From: Podospora anserina
Taxonomy: Eukaryota
Assembly (NCBI GenBank): GCA_017654855.1
Contig: JAFMPO010000001.1
Coordinates: 310,001-374,000, forward strand
Length of the DNA: 64,000 bases
Reading direction: 5' to 3'
The translations under genes were made by a program, and so were the position numbers. Of this stretch, positions 11,210 to 22,066 are shown piece by piece. The notes beneath the pieces were generated by a model, which did not search any database, was not told where the DNA came from, and saw nothing but the letters and a program-made list of their open reading frames with translations. The stretch's first letter is position 1; each line of letters begins with the position of its first letter.

Positions 11210-12344
11210 ATGTCCCTCTCGCCCTTGACATCTCGTCTCATCCAAACATCTACTCTCTCAACCACAAGACTCAGATCACTCCCAGTTCTCTCTCGCGCGA
11301 TCCACACAGCGGTGCCCAGAGCGAAAACTCCAGCTCCTCAACCACTATCACTCAACACCCCCCAAAAGCAAGCCTTTCGTCACTTCACCAAAATGTCGAA
11401 GAGCGTTGCCGCCGCATCTCACGATGACTTCAACCGCAACTCCCTTTTCAACCTCAAAGGCCGCGTCGCCCTCGTCACGGGCGGCGGCTCTGGAATCGGT
11501 CTCATGGCCACCCAAGCCCTCGCGGCAAACGGTGCCAAAGTCTACATCGTCGGCCGCACCAAAGAGAAGCTCGACAAGGTAGTCGAGATCTACAACAAGG
11601 ACATTGAGGGCGAGATCATCGCCATCCAAGGGGACGTCACCAAGAAGGAAGAGGTCGCCCGTCTGTACAAGGAAATCTCCGCGCGGGAAAAGTGCTTGTG
11701 CATCCTCATCAACAATGCCGGTGTGAGCAGCACGACGGTTACGACAGAGACGGAGACGGCGCAGGAGATGAAGCACAATTTGTTTGAGAATGAGAACATG
11801 ACTGAGAAAGACTGGACGGATACATACCAGACCAATGTCGCGAGCATTTACTTTATGACCTCGGCGTTTTTGCCATTGCTGCAGGCCAGCTCGGAGAGGC
11901 ACCCTCACTGGTCGGGGACTGTGATCAACATTAGCAGTATTAGCGGGTTGGTGAAGGGGTCGCAGCATCGTGAGTTTTCCTTATTTCTCTCCTCAGGTTT
12001 TATGAATACTGACATTTGTCACAGACTTTAGCTACAACGCCAGCAAAGCCGCCGCCGTCCACCTCACGCGAATGATGGCGGCGGAGATCGCCGAGAACGG
12101 CCACAAGATCCGCGTCAACAGCATCGCTCCGGGTGTCTTCCCCAGTGAGATGACCGCTGACGAGAGCGACGAGTATCAGAAGAGCCACATTGACGCTGAG
12201 AAGTACAAGGGCAAAGTACCAGCTGGCCGGCCAGGAAGGGATATTGACATGGCCCAGGCTGTGTTGGCGCTAGCAGCCAACCAGTACATTGATGGCCAGA
12301 CGGTTGTTGTTGATGGTGGCTACACCCTTACCATGGGTATGTAG
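11210..12344 (+). CDS. Short-chain dehydrogenase/reductase (alternative start ATG 11393)
   Basis: VTGGGSGIG cofactor motif, INNAG, YNASK catalytic motif after an intron (~11970-12025), RVNSIAPG and GQTVVVDGG. Confidence 0.93.
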
Positions 12345-13892
12345 GACATTGGTGATGGAGTGCAAGGAAAAGTATTCAAATTACAACAGATCAGCACAAT
12401 GTTGCAATAGTGTGTTTTGATTCAGGGTGTTGAATTGTTGTTCCGTTTGCGTGTTGAGCGTTGTTTTGAAGATGGTTTGATTTTTCAACACTATAACCGA
12501 CTTAAATATGAGTACTACTTTCGTCAACTCATCAACTCACTTGAAGCGGCCCATAGGAGTTTGTATATCTGAGGTGATGTAGTCACCAACCAGTTTCATG
12601 AAGATTTAATGGATGACGCCATCAAAAGGAGTGTCATTACAGGTGAGACTGTGCATACTATGAGTGAGGGGTGACTCATGCATGTGTATGATTAGATTGG
12701 TTGGTGATGAACTCAATCTTGTGGTTCCTGGCCTCGGTAGTGACTGTAGAAAATGGCGATTATGGGAGGGGTCCTGCCCATACAAACAGAAGCGCGAGCG
12801 GAGGTGGAGTTTCTATGAGGGAGATGGCTTTTGAGAACTATCTGTCCAAGCCATGGATGTGTATCGAGAGAAAACTGAATCGGTCACCTGTATGTAGGAT
12901 GGAGTTTCCCCGACCGTTTTGCTCATAACCGCTCAATTGACCTTCGCAGAAATCGTTATCGCAGGCAGGGCAAGGTAGCCACGCCATGCATGCAACAGAA
13001 AGCCCGAGAACGTGCATCCCGTACCATTGGTCCCACGGCCGCCCCGGCCCACAGACGGTTAAACGAACGAAAATCAGATAAAAGCTTGTTTCCGCCACGA
13101 CAAAAACGACAAATGCCACGCTCAGTGACATCATGTATGTACTGGTTATGCTCACAGATCTCTCAACCCCCTTGACCCATGTGGCGCTACACTACCGAGG
13201 CGGCTCAATCGATCGATCGGAGGACATCCCGGGATGCATACCCGACATCAAATGATGCAATCATGGGAGATGATGGGATGGAGATCGGGCGGCGGCACGT
13301 TTGTCCACGGTTAAAGCAGATCATGTGTGGTAGCCGCATATGGCAACCTTGATAGGTCAGGTAGTATTCTCTCCTAACAAAGTCTCGACTTGACTTCGGG
13401 CCACCTAGTTTGTTCGGTAGTGGTTTGTGGTGATTTGTTCAATTTCTAACAAAAAGTCCTTTCCAGAAATCCAACTCAGAGTGGTGATGTCCAATCTGGC
13501 CCATCTTTGCGCTGTTGCCTGGGTGTATGTTCAAAAAAAATGCAAAGACGTGAAAGAAAGGGGTATCCGCATCAGTCTCCATCTCATCCAGTAGTCCAAA
13601 ATATGTGTTCCGGCCTAGTACGTGATGTGAAACATGCAAAATGTATGTGCAAAGGAAATCATGGCGGAGGGGCCACTCCTGTATCGCTATCGACCGTTAT
13701 GCAAGTAAATATGTGTGAGATAAGTGTTTGGGCGAGAGGTGATAGACCAAGCTCGCTCTCCAAGAAAGGGGGTATCAAGTTTGATGACAATGAGATCCGA
13801 AATGCAGATGCTGGTGAAAAGACAAAAGACCGCCAAACAGTGAACCCAACCAAACCGTATACAAAAAGAAACACCCCGAAAGAGAGAAAAGT

Positions 13893-15167
13893 CTAAGGAC
13901 GAGCCCTGGTCCACTCAATGTTGAGCCATCCAACTTTATCGTATGCCTGCCAAAGCTTCGAGGCCTTGTTGACATCGATCTTGCAGGCCTGTTGTGCGTC
14001 AGTCTTGCGAAATTCCTTGCCAATCAAGGCACATTCGCGCCTGCGCAAAAATATACGTCTCTTGCTCGTGAGATATGTAGCGCAGTCCAGCCGAAGGTTG
14101 CTTGCCAGGATGAGTTCATCAGGGTGAAGCAAGTGACGATGTGGGTCGTTGCTGAGATCCAGAGCATTCCCCTTCCATTCCACCTTTAGACTATTTGGCC
14201 TCCCTTGCGGGAGCGAGTCGAGTGGCGGTGAAAGATCTTCCAATGCCTCAAAATCCTTGTCCTCGCGATTTGGCGCCGCGTTTCGCATGCGAGGCTCTGG
14301 GGTGGCGTGGATGTGACCCGCTGTCGGCGGACGAGTTGGCGCGGGAGTTGCTCGGATAGGCCTAGGGGCTTGTGCCTTGACCTTGGGGGATCTTGGTTTC
14401 TGCACACGAGCCACAGGTGCCCTGGGAACGTGTATCCGAGGTGGCGTAGGGTTGGAAGCCGGAAGGATGGTCGGAAGCCGCGCCCTCGCCACACTTCTCG
14501 CGCTCTCACGATCGGCCTGCCGCAACCTCCTTTCCTGCTCCATCCACTTCCTTGGATTTTGGCTGAACCTTTTGTAGACCTCAGACTTGAAGAAGATCAC
14601 CAGCTGATAGTCCTCCCGTTTAGGAGGCGAGACGCTCTCAAATAGACTGGGAGGTCTCGCCGCAATGTGTTTGTTCATCAAGTCATCCTCCACTGATCCA
14701 GCTGTCCTGGGGGCCGGTGGAAAGAGCAGCAAGGGGGCAGCGCTGGCCCTTTCGGCAGTCTCATACAAAATCGGATCGCTTGGTCCGACGCTGCGGTGCA
14801 TCACGGACGCGGTCGACTTCGAAAGCGGCGATGAAGGAGGCGACACAGGCGGGGAAGGAGGTGGGTTTGGGCGCTGCATTTCAAAACCCTTGCTGTTCTG
14901 CGCGGTGATGTTCATGTCCGAGTTCATGTCGTCCAAGGGAGCAGGTCCAGGAGGAGACAGGAGATGACTTGGGTTTGGCATGATGGAGCGTGCGGTAGAC
15001 AAGTTTGGCGTTTGGGAAGGCGGTGACAATGGGTTCCTTGCCGTCGGGTGAATTCTTCCAAACGACATAGGCATGTGCATCGAGTTGTTGTTGGAGTTCA
15101 GTTGGTCAGCCATGTTGGGCATGACTGTCTGGCCGTCTGCAGGGTGGCAAACCCCAAGCATTGACAT
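13893..15167 (-). CDS. SWIRM-domain chromatin/transcription protein (Fun19-like); start may be 15122
   Basis: C-terminal LHPDELILASNLRLDCATYLTSKRRIF...FRKTDAQQACKIDVNKASKLWQAYDKVGW is a SWIRM domain; the N-terminus is Pro/Ser-rich. Confidence 0.9.
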   Translation of the reverse strand: MSMLGVCHPADGQTVMPNMADQLNSNNNSMHMPMSFGRIHPTARNPLSPPSQTPNLSTARSIMPNPSHLLSPPGPAPLDDMNSDMNITAQNSKGFEMQRPNPPPSPPVSPPSSPLSKSTASVMHRSVGPSDPILYETAERASAAPLLLFPPAPRTAGSVEDDLMNKHIAARPPSLFESVSPPKREDYQLVIFFKSEVYKRFSQNPRKWMEQERRLRQADRESARSVARARLPTILPASNPTPPRIHVPRAPVARVQKPRSPKVKAQAPRPIRATPAPTRPPTAGHIHATPEPRMRNAAPNREDKDFEALEDLSPPLDSLPQGRPNSLKVEWKGNALDLSNDPHRHLLHPDELILASNLRLDCATYLTSKRRIFLRRRECALIGKEFRKTDAQQACKIDVNKASKLWQAYDKVGWLNIEWTRARP

Positions 15168-17856
15168 ACGAGGCGTGTTCGGACGATGACGAGGGACTGG
15201 CCAGGACCTGGAGTTGCGTAGAACTGTCCTTGCGAGATCGGCTGTAGAAGGATGAGTTTGCAACTGCTGTTGATGTAGGGCGAGAAATGCAGGATTGTAT
15301 GGTCGGGCACGTCAGGCACCCGTGGTTTCTTTGTCTGATGATGACTGCGGCGACTGATTGGGCGCGTGGGTGTCTGTATGAGGGGGAACGGCAGCTCAAG
15401 TAGTTGTTGAATAGGGCACAATGCGAAGCTTTTCAATGCCCATCGTCTGGCTGTGGCCGTGGTTTTGTTGGTGGTAGTTGCCTTGTTTGCTGAAACTGAA
15501 CAATAGCCAACTGGGGGGTCTTCGTGGGGATATAGGTGAACAATAGCTGGCGGTGGCCTTGCAATGGTCGGTCAATGGAAGCCGTTGGAAGCCGTCGGTG
15601 ACAGTGGCGAAATGGGCGCCGCGCAATGCTTGTGTAGGCAGCTTTGTAACGGACAATGGCAAAAAAAGAAACTTCTGGTGGGCGTTGCTCGAGATTAACC
15701 AAAAGACGAAATAAGAGCGAGAAGGGAGACTTATGAACAGCAAGGGCGCAAGCCATGGAGGACGACCAAGTACTCCATACACTGTGGGTCATTACACTTA
15801 TAAGCCCAAGCGCCACAAGGCGGCAAACGGTCTGGGGAGGGTGAGGTTGGTCACACGGATGGCCCCAAAACGGTGCAACGGGCTGGGGACATGTACATGT
15901 ACTTCCATGTACGCAGTGCTAGAGACACACCAGGGGGCAGACTAACGAAATGCCGAGGGGATGGACCAGAGGTTTGTGGCCAGTTAGGTCAAGCAGCTCT
16001 CTTTGACTGTCGGGCGCCAGTCTGCCGTGCAGGAGAGAGAATGTACTCCTGCCCAAGATTGTTGCTTGTGAGTACACCGCAAGAGCCCCTCAACGCTGGC
16101 TTGTATCAAACAGCCCTCCTGTCGTGATTGGTGTTTTGGTATTCCAACACTGTGCTGTTGTTGTTTCGAATATCAGGACGATTGGACCACTTACAACCAC
16201 CAATGCTGCAACTGCCGCAATCATGTTGCTTTGTCGTCGAGGGAGAGCTTTGGGCACCTGGGTTTGGGTTGTGACATCCCATCTGGCGAGCGGAGACAGG
16301 TGCCAAGTTGTATGTCACGACGAACATTGCTTCCCGTGAGAGTCTACATTCAGGAAGCTGATCCTGGGACTAGAAACTGGGGCACCTGCCTTACTACCAA
16401 GGCAATCCGCGCTGTAGTCTTGTCCGCCTGGCTCCTCACTTGAAACTGGCGATCAACCGGACCGAAGACTGAGATGGCCACATGGACAAGCCGTTGGGTT
16501 AGGTATCTTTGGGATGGGCAGGCTCGGCAAACGAAAAATCAAGAACGTCGCAGTTTGGCGGGTTGAGTGAGTATCAGGTCGGGCTGTCCGCCTTCAGTTG
16601 CAAGCTACCCTTCATGAGGGGGACGAGGTGATGTCGAGATTGTGAAGGAGGGGTTGTGGGCTCTGTGGGGTTGCGGAGGGGGAGTTGGACTGGCCGGCGA
16701 TTTGAAGTGGAACCCCCCTTTTTGTCAATTGAGCGCGGGGAGCGGTGTCTGGCACATGAGCCTCCATACTCAATTGAATTTGAACCCCAATTGGGCGCCA
16801 GTTGGGCAGTGAGGCCTAGCTTGAACATCCGTAGCATCCACGCGCTTCCCCGTGCGAAAGGGGAGTTCGACAACTCAGATCAGTGCAAGCAGGTCGGTGC
16901 ATGGACGCCATGGCTCAACCACCGACGCGTTGCCACTTGGGATTGCTGAAGCGAACAAGAAGCAATGGAACGTGAATTGGCCAATCAAGGCAGCAACGCG
17001 GGCGAGAGAGGCGGTCCCATCCTGTGAAGAGGTCTGGAGGCTTCGTTTCTGAGATATTGGGGGTTGGAGTCGAATTGGCCGCGTCAAGAAGTGTGACTCA
17101 TAGCTCGATGTCCTTTGGGGCGTTGCTTCACCTAACAGGTTGACCTCGAAATGGAGGGAATGGAAGGTCCTGGCAACCGGCGTGCTGTGTAATCTGCCGG
17201 TTGGTCCCAGGTGGCTGCGAGCTCGACAGCCTGATGGCTCGACCAATGATAGGCCCAAGCCCCGATAAAGATGCCGCTTATGACGATGTACTCTTGGCAC
17301 TTCAGAGGTACCACAACCTTCCACCTGAACGATGGTATCAAACTCAACTGCTCTAGGCGGGCTGATCGCAAATCCAGCCTGACGGATTCTTTGATATCAA
17401 TAGTAAGCTATTTCTGGTGGAGAAATAGAGACACCGGACATTGCAATCTCACAATTCCACACAACCTGATGCCAAAGGAGCCAAGGTTTTGCCCATTTTC
17501 ATCCGGTGTCCCTCTGTTCACAGTCCAGGTGAGCTACCTGACTTGTTAGACCGCTGCCATTGAGCATTTCAAGAGAATTGAGTTGGCCCAGTGCCGTGTC
17601 GGATTTCGGCCGACATATCTCTCATGGCACAATACGCTAGAAACAGCACGATTGATTGCCATTGCGTCGAAGCAACCTCCGAACGATCCGTGATCATGGC
17701 ACCGATAGCACCAAAGCATCGCACTCATCGCGGACAGAACCTCGCCTCCTTGATTCGCAACCCTCCCCAGTTTGCCCGCCATCGGCTAGCAGGCTCACAT
17801 GGACGCAATTGACTTTCATTGTCTCGTAAGGCGTGTGGCATGACTCCCAACAATGT

Positions 17857-17891
17857 GCTCCCGGCTCCCAGCTCCCAGCTCCCAGCTCCCA
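17857..17891. repeat. 7-bp minisatellite (GCTCCCA)x5, first copy imperfect
   Basis: Read directly: gctcccg gctccca gctccca gctccca gctccca. Confidence 0.9.
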
Positions 17892-20800
17892 GGATTGCGC
17901 TTGGTAATCCCGGATGCCCACGAGTTTCTCCAATCTCCATGCTTAAGTCCGCAATGCCGTTCAATAAAGTCAGTTGTATGGATTATTGGTCCTCATCGGC
18001 GACTTTGGTGATCCGTCACCCAGTTTGCCGCCTAGTAACAATTCTGGAAGCACAAAACAGCTCTGCCGGCGTGATGCACTGTGGGAGCCATTTTGAATTG
18101 GGCTCTCACCTTCAAACACCCGCTATCTTTCGAACGCTTTGGGCGGAGTCACCCGTTGGTTGCACCACACACCACTGCTCGATATTCTGGGCAGTTCAAG
18201 ATACCTTTCCGCCTGATCAACCCCCTCCATTTCACTGCTGCCCTCCAACTTCCAAGGCACACCACAGCTCGCCATTGATAGCACCATTCTTGTTTGATAA
18301 CGCGGCTAGCAACCTTCGCAGTGACCTCTGTGGCCTGTGATGGTGTCCGGCTTTCCTCACATGCCAGCTTGGTTCTTGACGCCTTGTCAGCAGTCTTGCT
18401 CCCTTCCAAACCCAAGTGAGATATAGCCACTATATTCCTTGCCAAAACATGCCTTGAAAACTTGATCTCCCGAGACACAGCTTGAGCCTTCATCCATCGC
18501 TTCTCAACAGCGCCATGATTCCGAGGTCATCCCACCATTTCACCCCGCCATTATCTTATCACCCCTCAAATGAGGGGCACTGCTCATGTGTGCCCCTCTT
18601 CCGCAACACCATTGGGGTCCTTCCTCTTCGAGCGGGGGTGCATCTGAGGAGGCATGATGAAATCTGGAGTCCCTGCATGGCCTAGCTTGCTATTGTCCCT
18701 CTGGAATGCATGCTGAATTTCGCTGCTCTCGATCTCGAAAAAGGTAGCAGTTGGGTTAGCGATGTGCATTTTGAGTTTGTTGGCTGTTCCTTGAGTTGTT
18801 CCACCCCCACGATGAAAGGGGTGGATGGAGCGGGCCCATTGGTTAGTTGACCGCGACTGACCCAGGGCTGGTGGATCCTGCCTGCGACCAACTCCACACT
18901 GTTCGACATCTCCATTCCTTGAACCATGATTGATTTGCACGCAACTGGGCCGCTAAAAGCCTGCACTACCCAGTGTGCCAGTGTCGTCGGCGTCAACCGC
19001 GCAAGGGCACCACACCTAGGTAATGGCAGCTCTTCCTCCTCAGTTGGCGCCACACATTGTCGACAACCTCTTCGGCGACGGATCACCACACCGACAGCTT
19101 GGAGGGTGGTCTAGGTGTCGACAACTGCTTTCAGCTGGGTTCGGCCCAGCTCAACCCACCACCCTTCGAACAGAACACCCGAAACACGACAATGAGAGCA
19201 TATCTTATCTCATCGATTACCATAATCCTACACATAATTACTGTCGCCTTGAGTTAACCAACATCCAATCTCTTGCAATTCCGACGTTCATGCTTCCGAT
19301 GCTGATGTCTGGAACAGCCAACCAACGATCTCATCGGGAGCCTGACAAGCCTCAGGGCTGATCGCCGACAAGGGTTGTTAAACATTACCCCAGATACACT
19401 TTGAGCAGCCACCATGTGCGGTCCCGGTACCGCTGCGCAGTATCACTCGGGGCCAGACAGCCTCGCCCGGTTTCAACCCGCCAGTTAACTTGTTAACAGC
19501 CAGTCGTGGAAACTGGCGGTGCATATGCCCTGCAGAGTGAGGTGGTGTTGATGCACTGCAAGCCCAGCTCAGACAAGGTCCGCGGCTGTCCGATTGACCA
19601 AGGCCCTCTCGGGTACCTGACATGATCCGAGAATGAAGAACGACACAAACCACGAAGAAGCCTGATGATAGTATGTTGCTTTTTTTGAGTGGCCACCCAT
19701 TTGTGTCACTACACACAACACGACGCGTGTTGAGAAGTGCATGGTATAGGAATATCTGATCTCAATATCAACAACAGCTACCACCACCACCACCACCGCA
19801 CGGCTGACCAACCAACTGTGCTGTCTCAGTCACGAGCGCTCGGATTCCAAGTCTTCTAAGAAGCGGTCCTTCAGTCTATTCCCGTATTCAGATTGATAGG
19901 CATGAGTGGTCTACGAATCCCGCACGCATAATCTTCACCTGAGCCAACCTGTTCTGGAGAACGGTTCGAAACAAGAGGGTGTGAACCTATCATATCTCAC
20001 CCTGTGACTCCACGATCCCACTCGTGGCCCCCTGCACGCAGGGAACTGTAAGTCTTACCCCTGTCCATCTTATGTTCCCAGAGCTCGGGAGATGCCAGAC
20101 GAACTACCTTTTCTGCAGCATTCTGCGCAGAGAGCAAGCAAGGTTTCAGATGAAGCGCTGGTCACCTGATCTGAGGACAAGCTCAACCACGCCTACCTAC
20201 CTTTTACCCCCCTTTCCATTCGAAATGTGTGTCATCCGAACGGTCAGAACGGGGGGCGGGGGGGACGGTGTCGAGAATGGCCAACCTGGTGATGCCGTCA
20301 TGTTTCACCTGTGCACACCCACCTTCTTGGTGATTGCGATCACGGGCACCACTCGAGGGGAACATCATCCACCACACCTCTTTTTCCTTTTTGGCGCATC
20401 GGCGATAACAAGGAAGACCGCAGATAAGGAGCGCTTATTATCCGGGAGAACGTCATCTGAGTAACACTGCCGCCGCAACGCAACCCCCGCGGGAAGCAGA
20501 CAGGCAAGGGCAGGGCAGGTCCCGGGTGTTCCTTCACGGATCAACAAACCCAAGGTTTTCGGCAGAGTTAGATGTTTCGAAATATCAGGTTTCTTTGAGG
20601 GCCGGGCCCAGGTCCAAGGAAGGAAACGAAGTGGAAGATTGCAAAAAGGAAAACGGAGGTCCGAAACAAGGTCTGTCAGTGGTTTGTCCACGTAACTCGC
20701 CTACGTGGGAGACCCTCATAAGACGGAGGCATCGGAAGTAAGTAGGGCTGAGCGAGGAACGCCAAAGTACGGATATGATGAACATGGGTCCGAGGTGAGT

Positions 20801-22066
20801 GTGAGTCGTCGCGTGTGGTCAAAAGCGCAATGTCGGCCGGTGACTGCCTACCAACCCGATGCGGAATTCCACGCGAAACTGCCCTGCGGTTGAGCGTTGC
20901 CGTCTTCACCTTTCATATCGCTGTAGCACATTCACGTTATTTGCTCGTTCACACGTGTCGAATTTTACGACGTCTTGTTTCACTTTCCCAGTCGGCAACC
21001 GGCCAATTTGGGCAGGTTGGTTTCAATGGGTTGAGGGTCGATGAACACAATCAGGTGCACTGAAGTAGGACGAGGAAAATGCCATCTTATAATTTCCCAG
21101 TGCGATTGGCACACACGAGCCACCGCCTCTGGACGGCCGCGAGGGCTGTTGCCCCCCCTCTGTCGAGTTACCATTGTGAACCTCTTACGAATACATCAAA
21201 TCAACTCCGGCCCTGGGCCTTGCCTCGCCCTGCCCGCGAATTTGTAATCTGTGGCGGTATTGCCACAAAGCGTGGATCCTATTATGATAACGCCCATTTG
21301 TGCACACATCCTTCCTCTGTCCTTCACGCTTCCAATATGAACACACGCATCCCATCTCTTCATGTACCTTGGACGACAAATGATGACGGACAGACACAAT
21401 TCCAGTGATACCCACACTCACTCCCCAATGCCCACACCCATACTTCCAATTCCAGTACGCCTCCCCGGACCCGATTTGCCCTTCCCATTCGTCAATTCCA
21501 CAGCTTCCGGTTTGCCCCCTCGCCGGTTGAGTCAATGAACCATCAACGACGCGTCCTCACACTAGGCAGCCATCGTTCATGATTCGACAACCACGTAGTG
21601 GTCCAGAATCACAGCACCCTGCAGGTAAACGCTGTAGGCAGACAGCGCGGTCCGTCGAAGGGAATGCCGAAACAGAAGTTGAGGCTCCGCCTTGCCATGT
21701 TATTGCCGGTTTCCATATTGAGGAATGCGGTGTAAGACACCGACATGATATGATGCCTTCTCTGTCGGTGTCCCTCAATCCGCCAGCCTGTCAGGCTGTG
21801 TCCAATGAGGCAGAACTGCGCATAGGCACTGATGGCTGGAACGCAGTGCATGCGGTGCATGTGTCTGATTTCTGCAGAGCAGCGCCCGGCACTACCCAAC
21901 GGATTTGCATTTCTATGTGGCAGCACAGTCCTGCGGGTTGTCCAGATCGCGGTAGGACTTATGGAGGGTCCGAAGTGATTGAGGCTCCTCTCTGTCACGC
22001 GACGTTACAACAGACGCCAGCCTCGCCTCAATGCAGTCGAGTACCAACACAGGGATGCGTCTCCTA

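Noticed and set aside
11125..12559. 12-bp direct repeat GGCCCATAGGAG (11125-11136 and 12548-12559) flanking the SDR like a target-site duplication
   Set aside because: No terminal inverted repeats, LTRs or transposase are present, and one such 12-mer match at this distance is plausible by chance.
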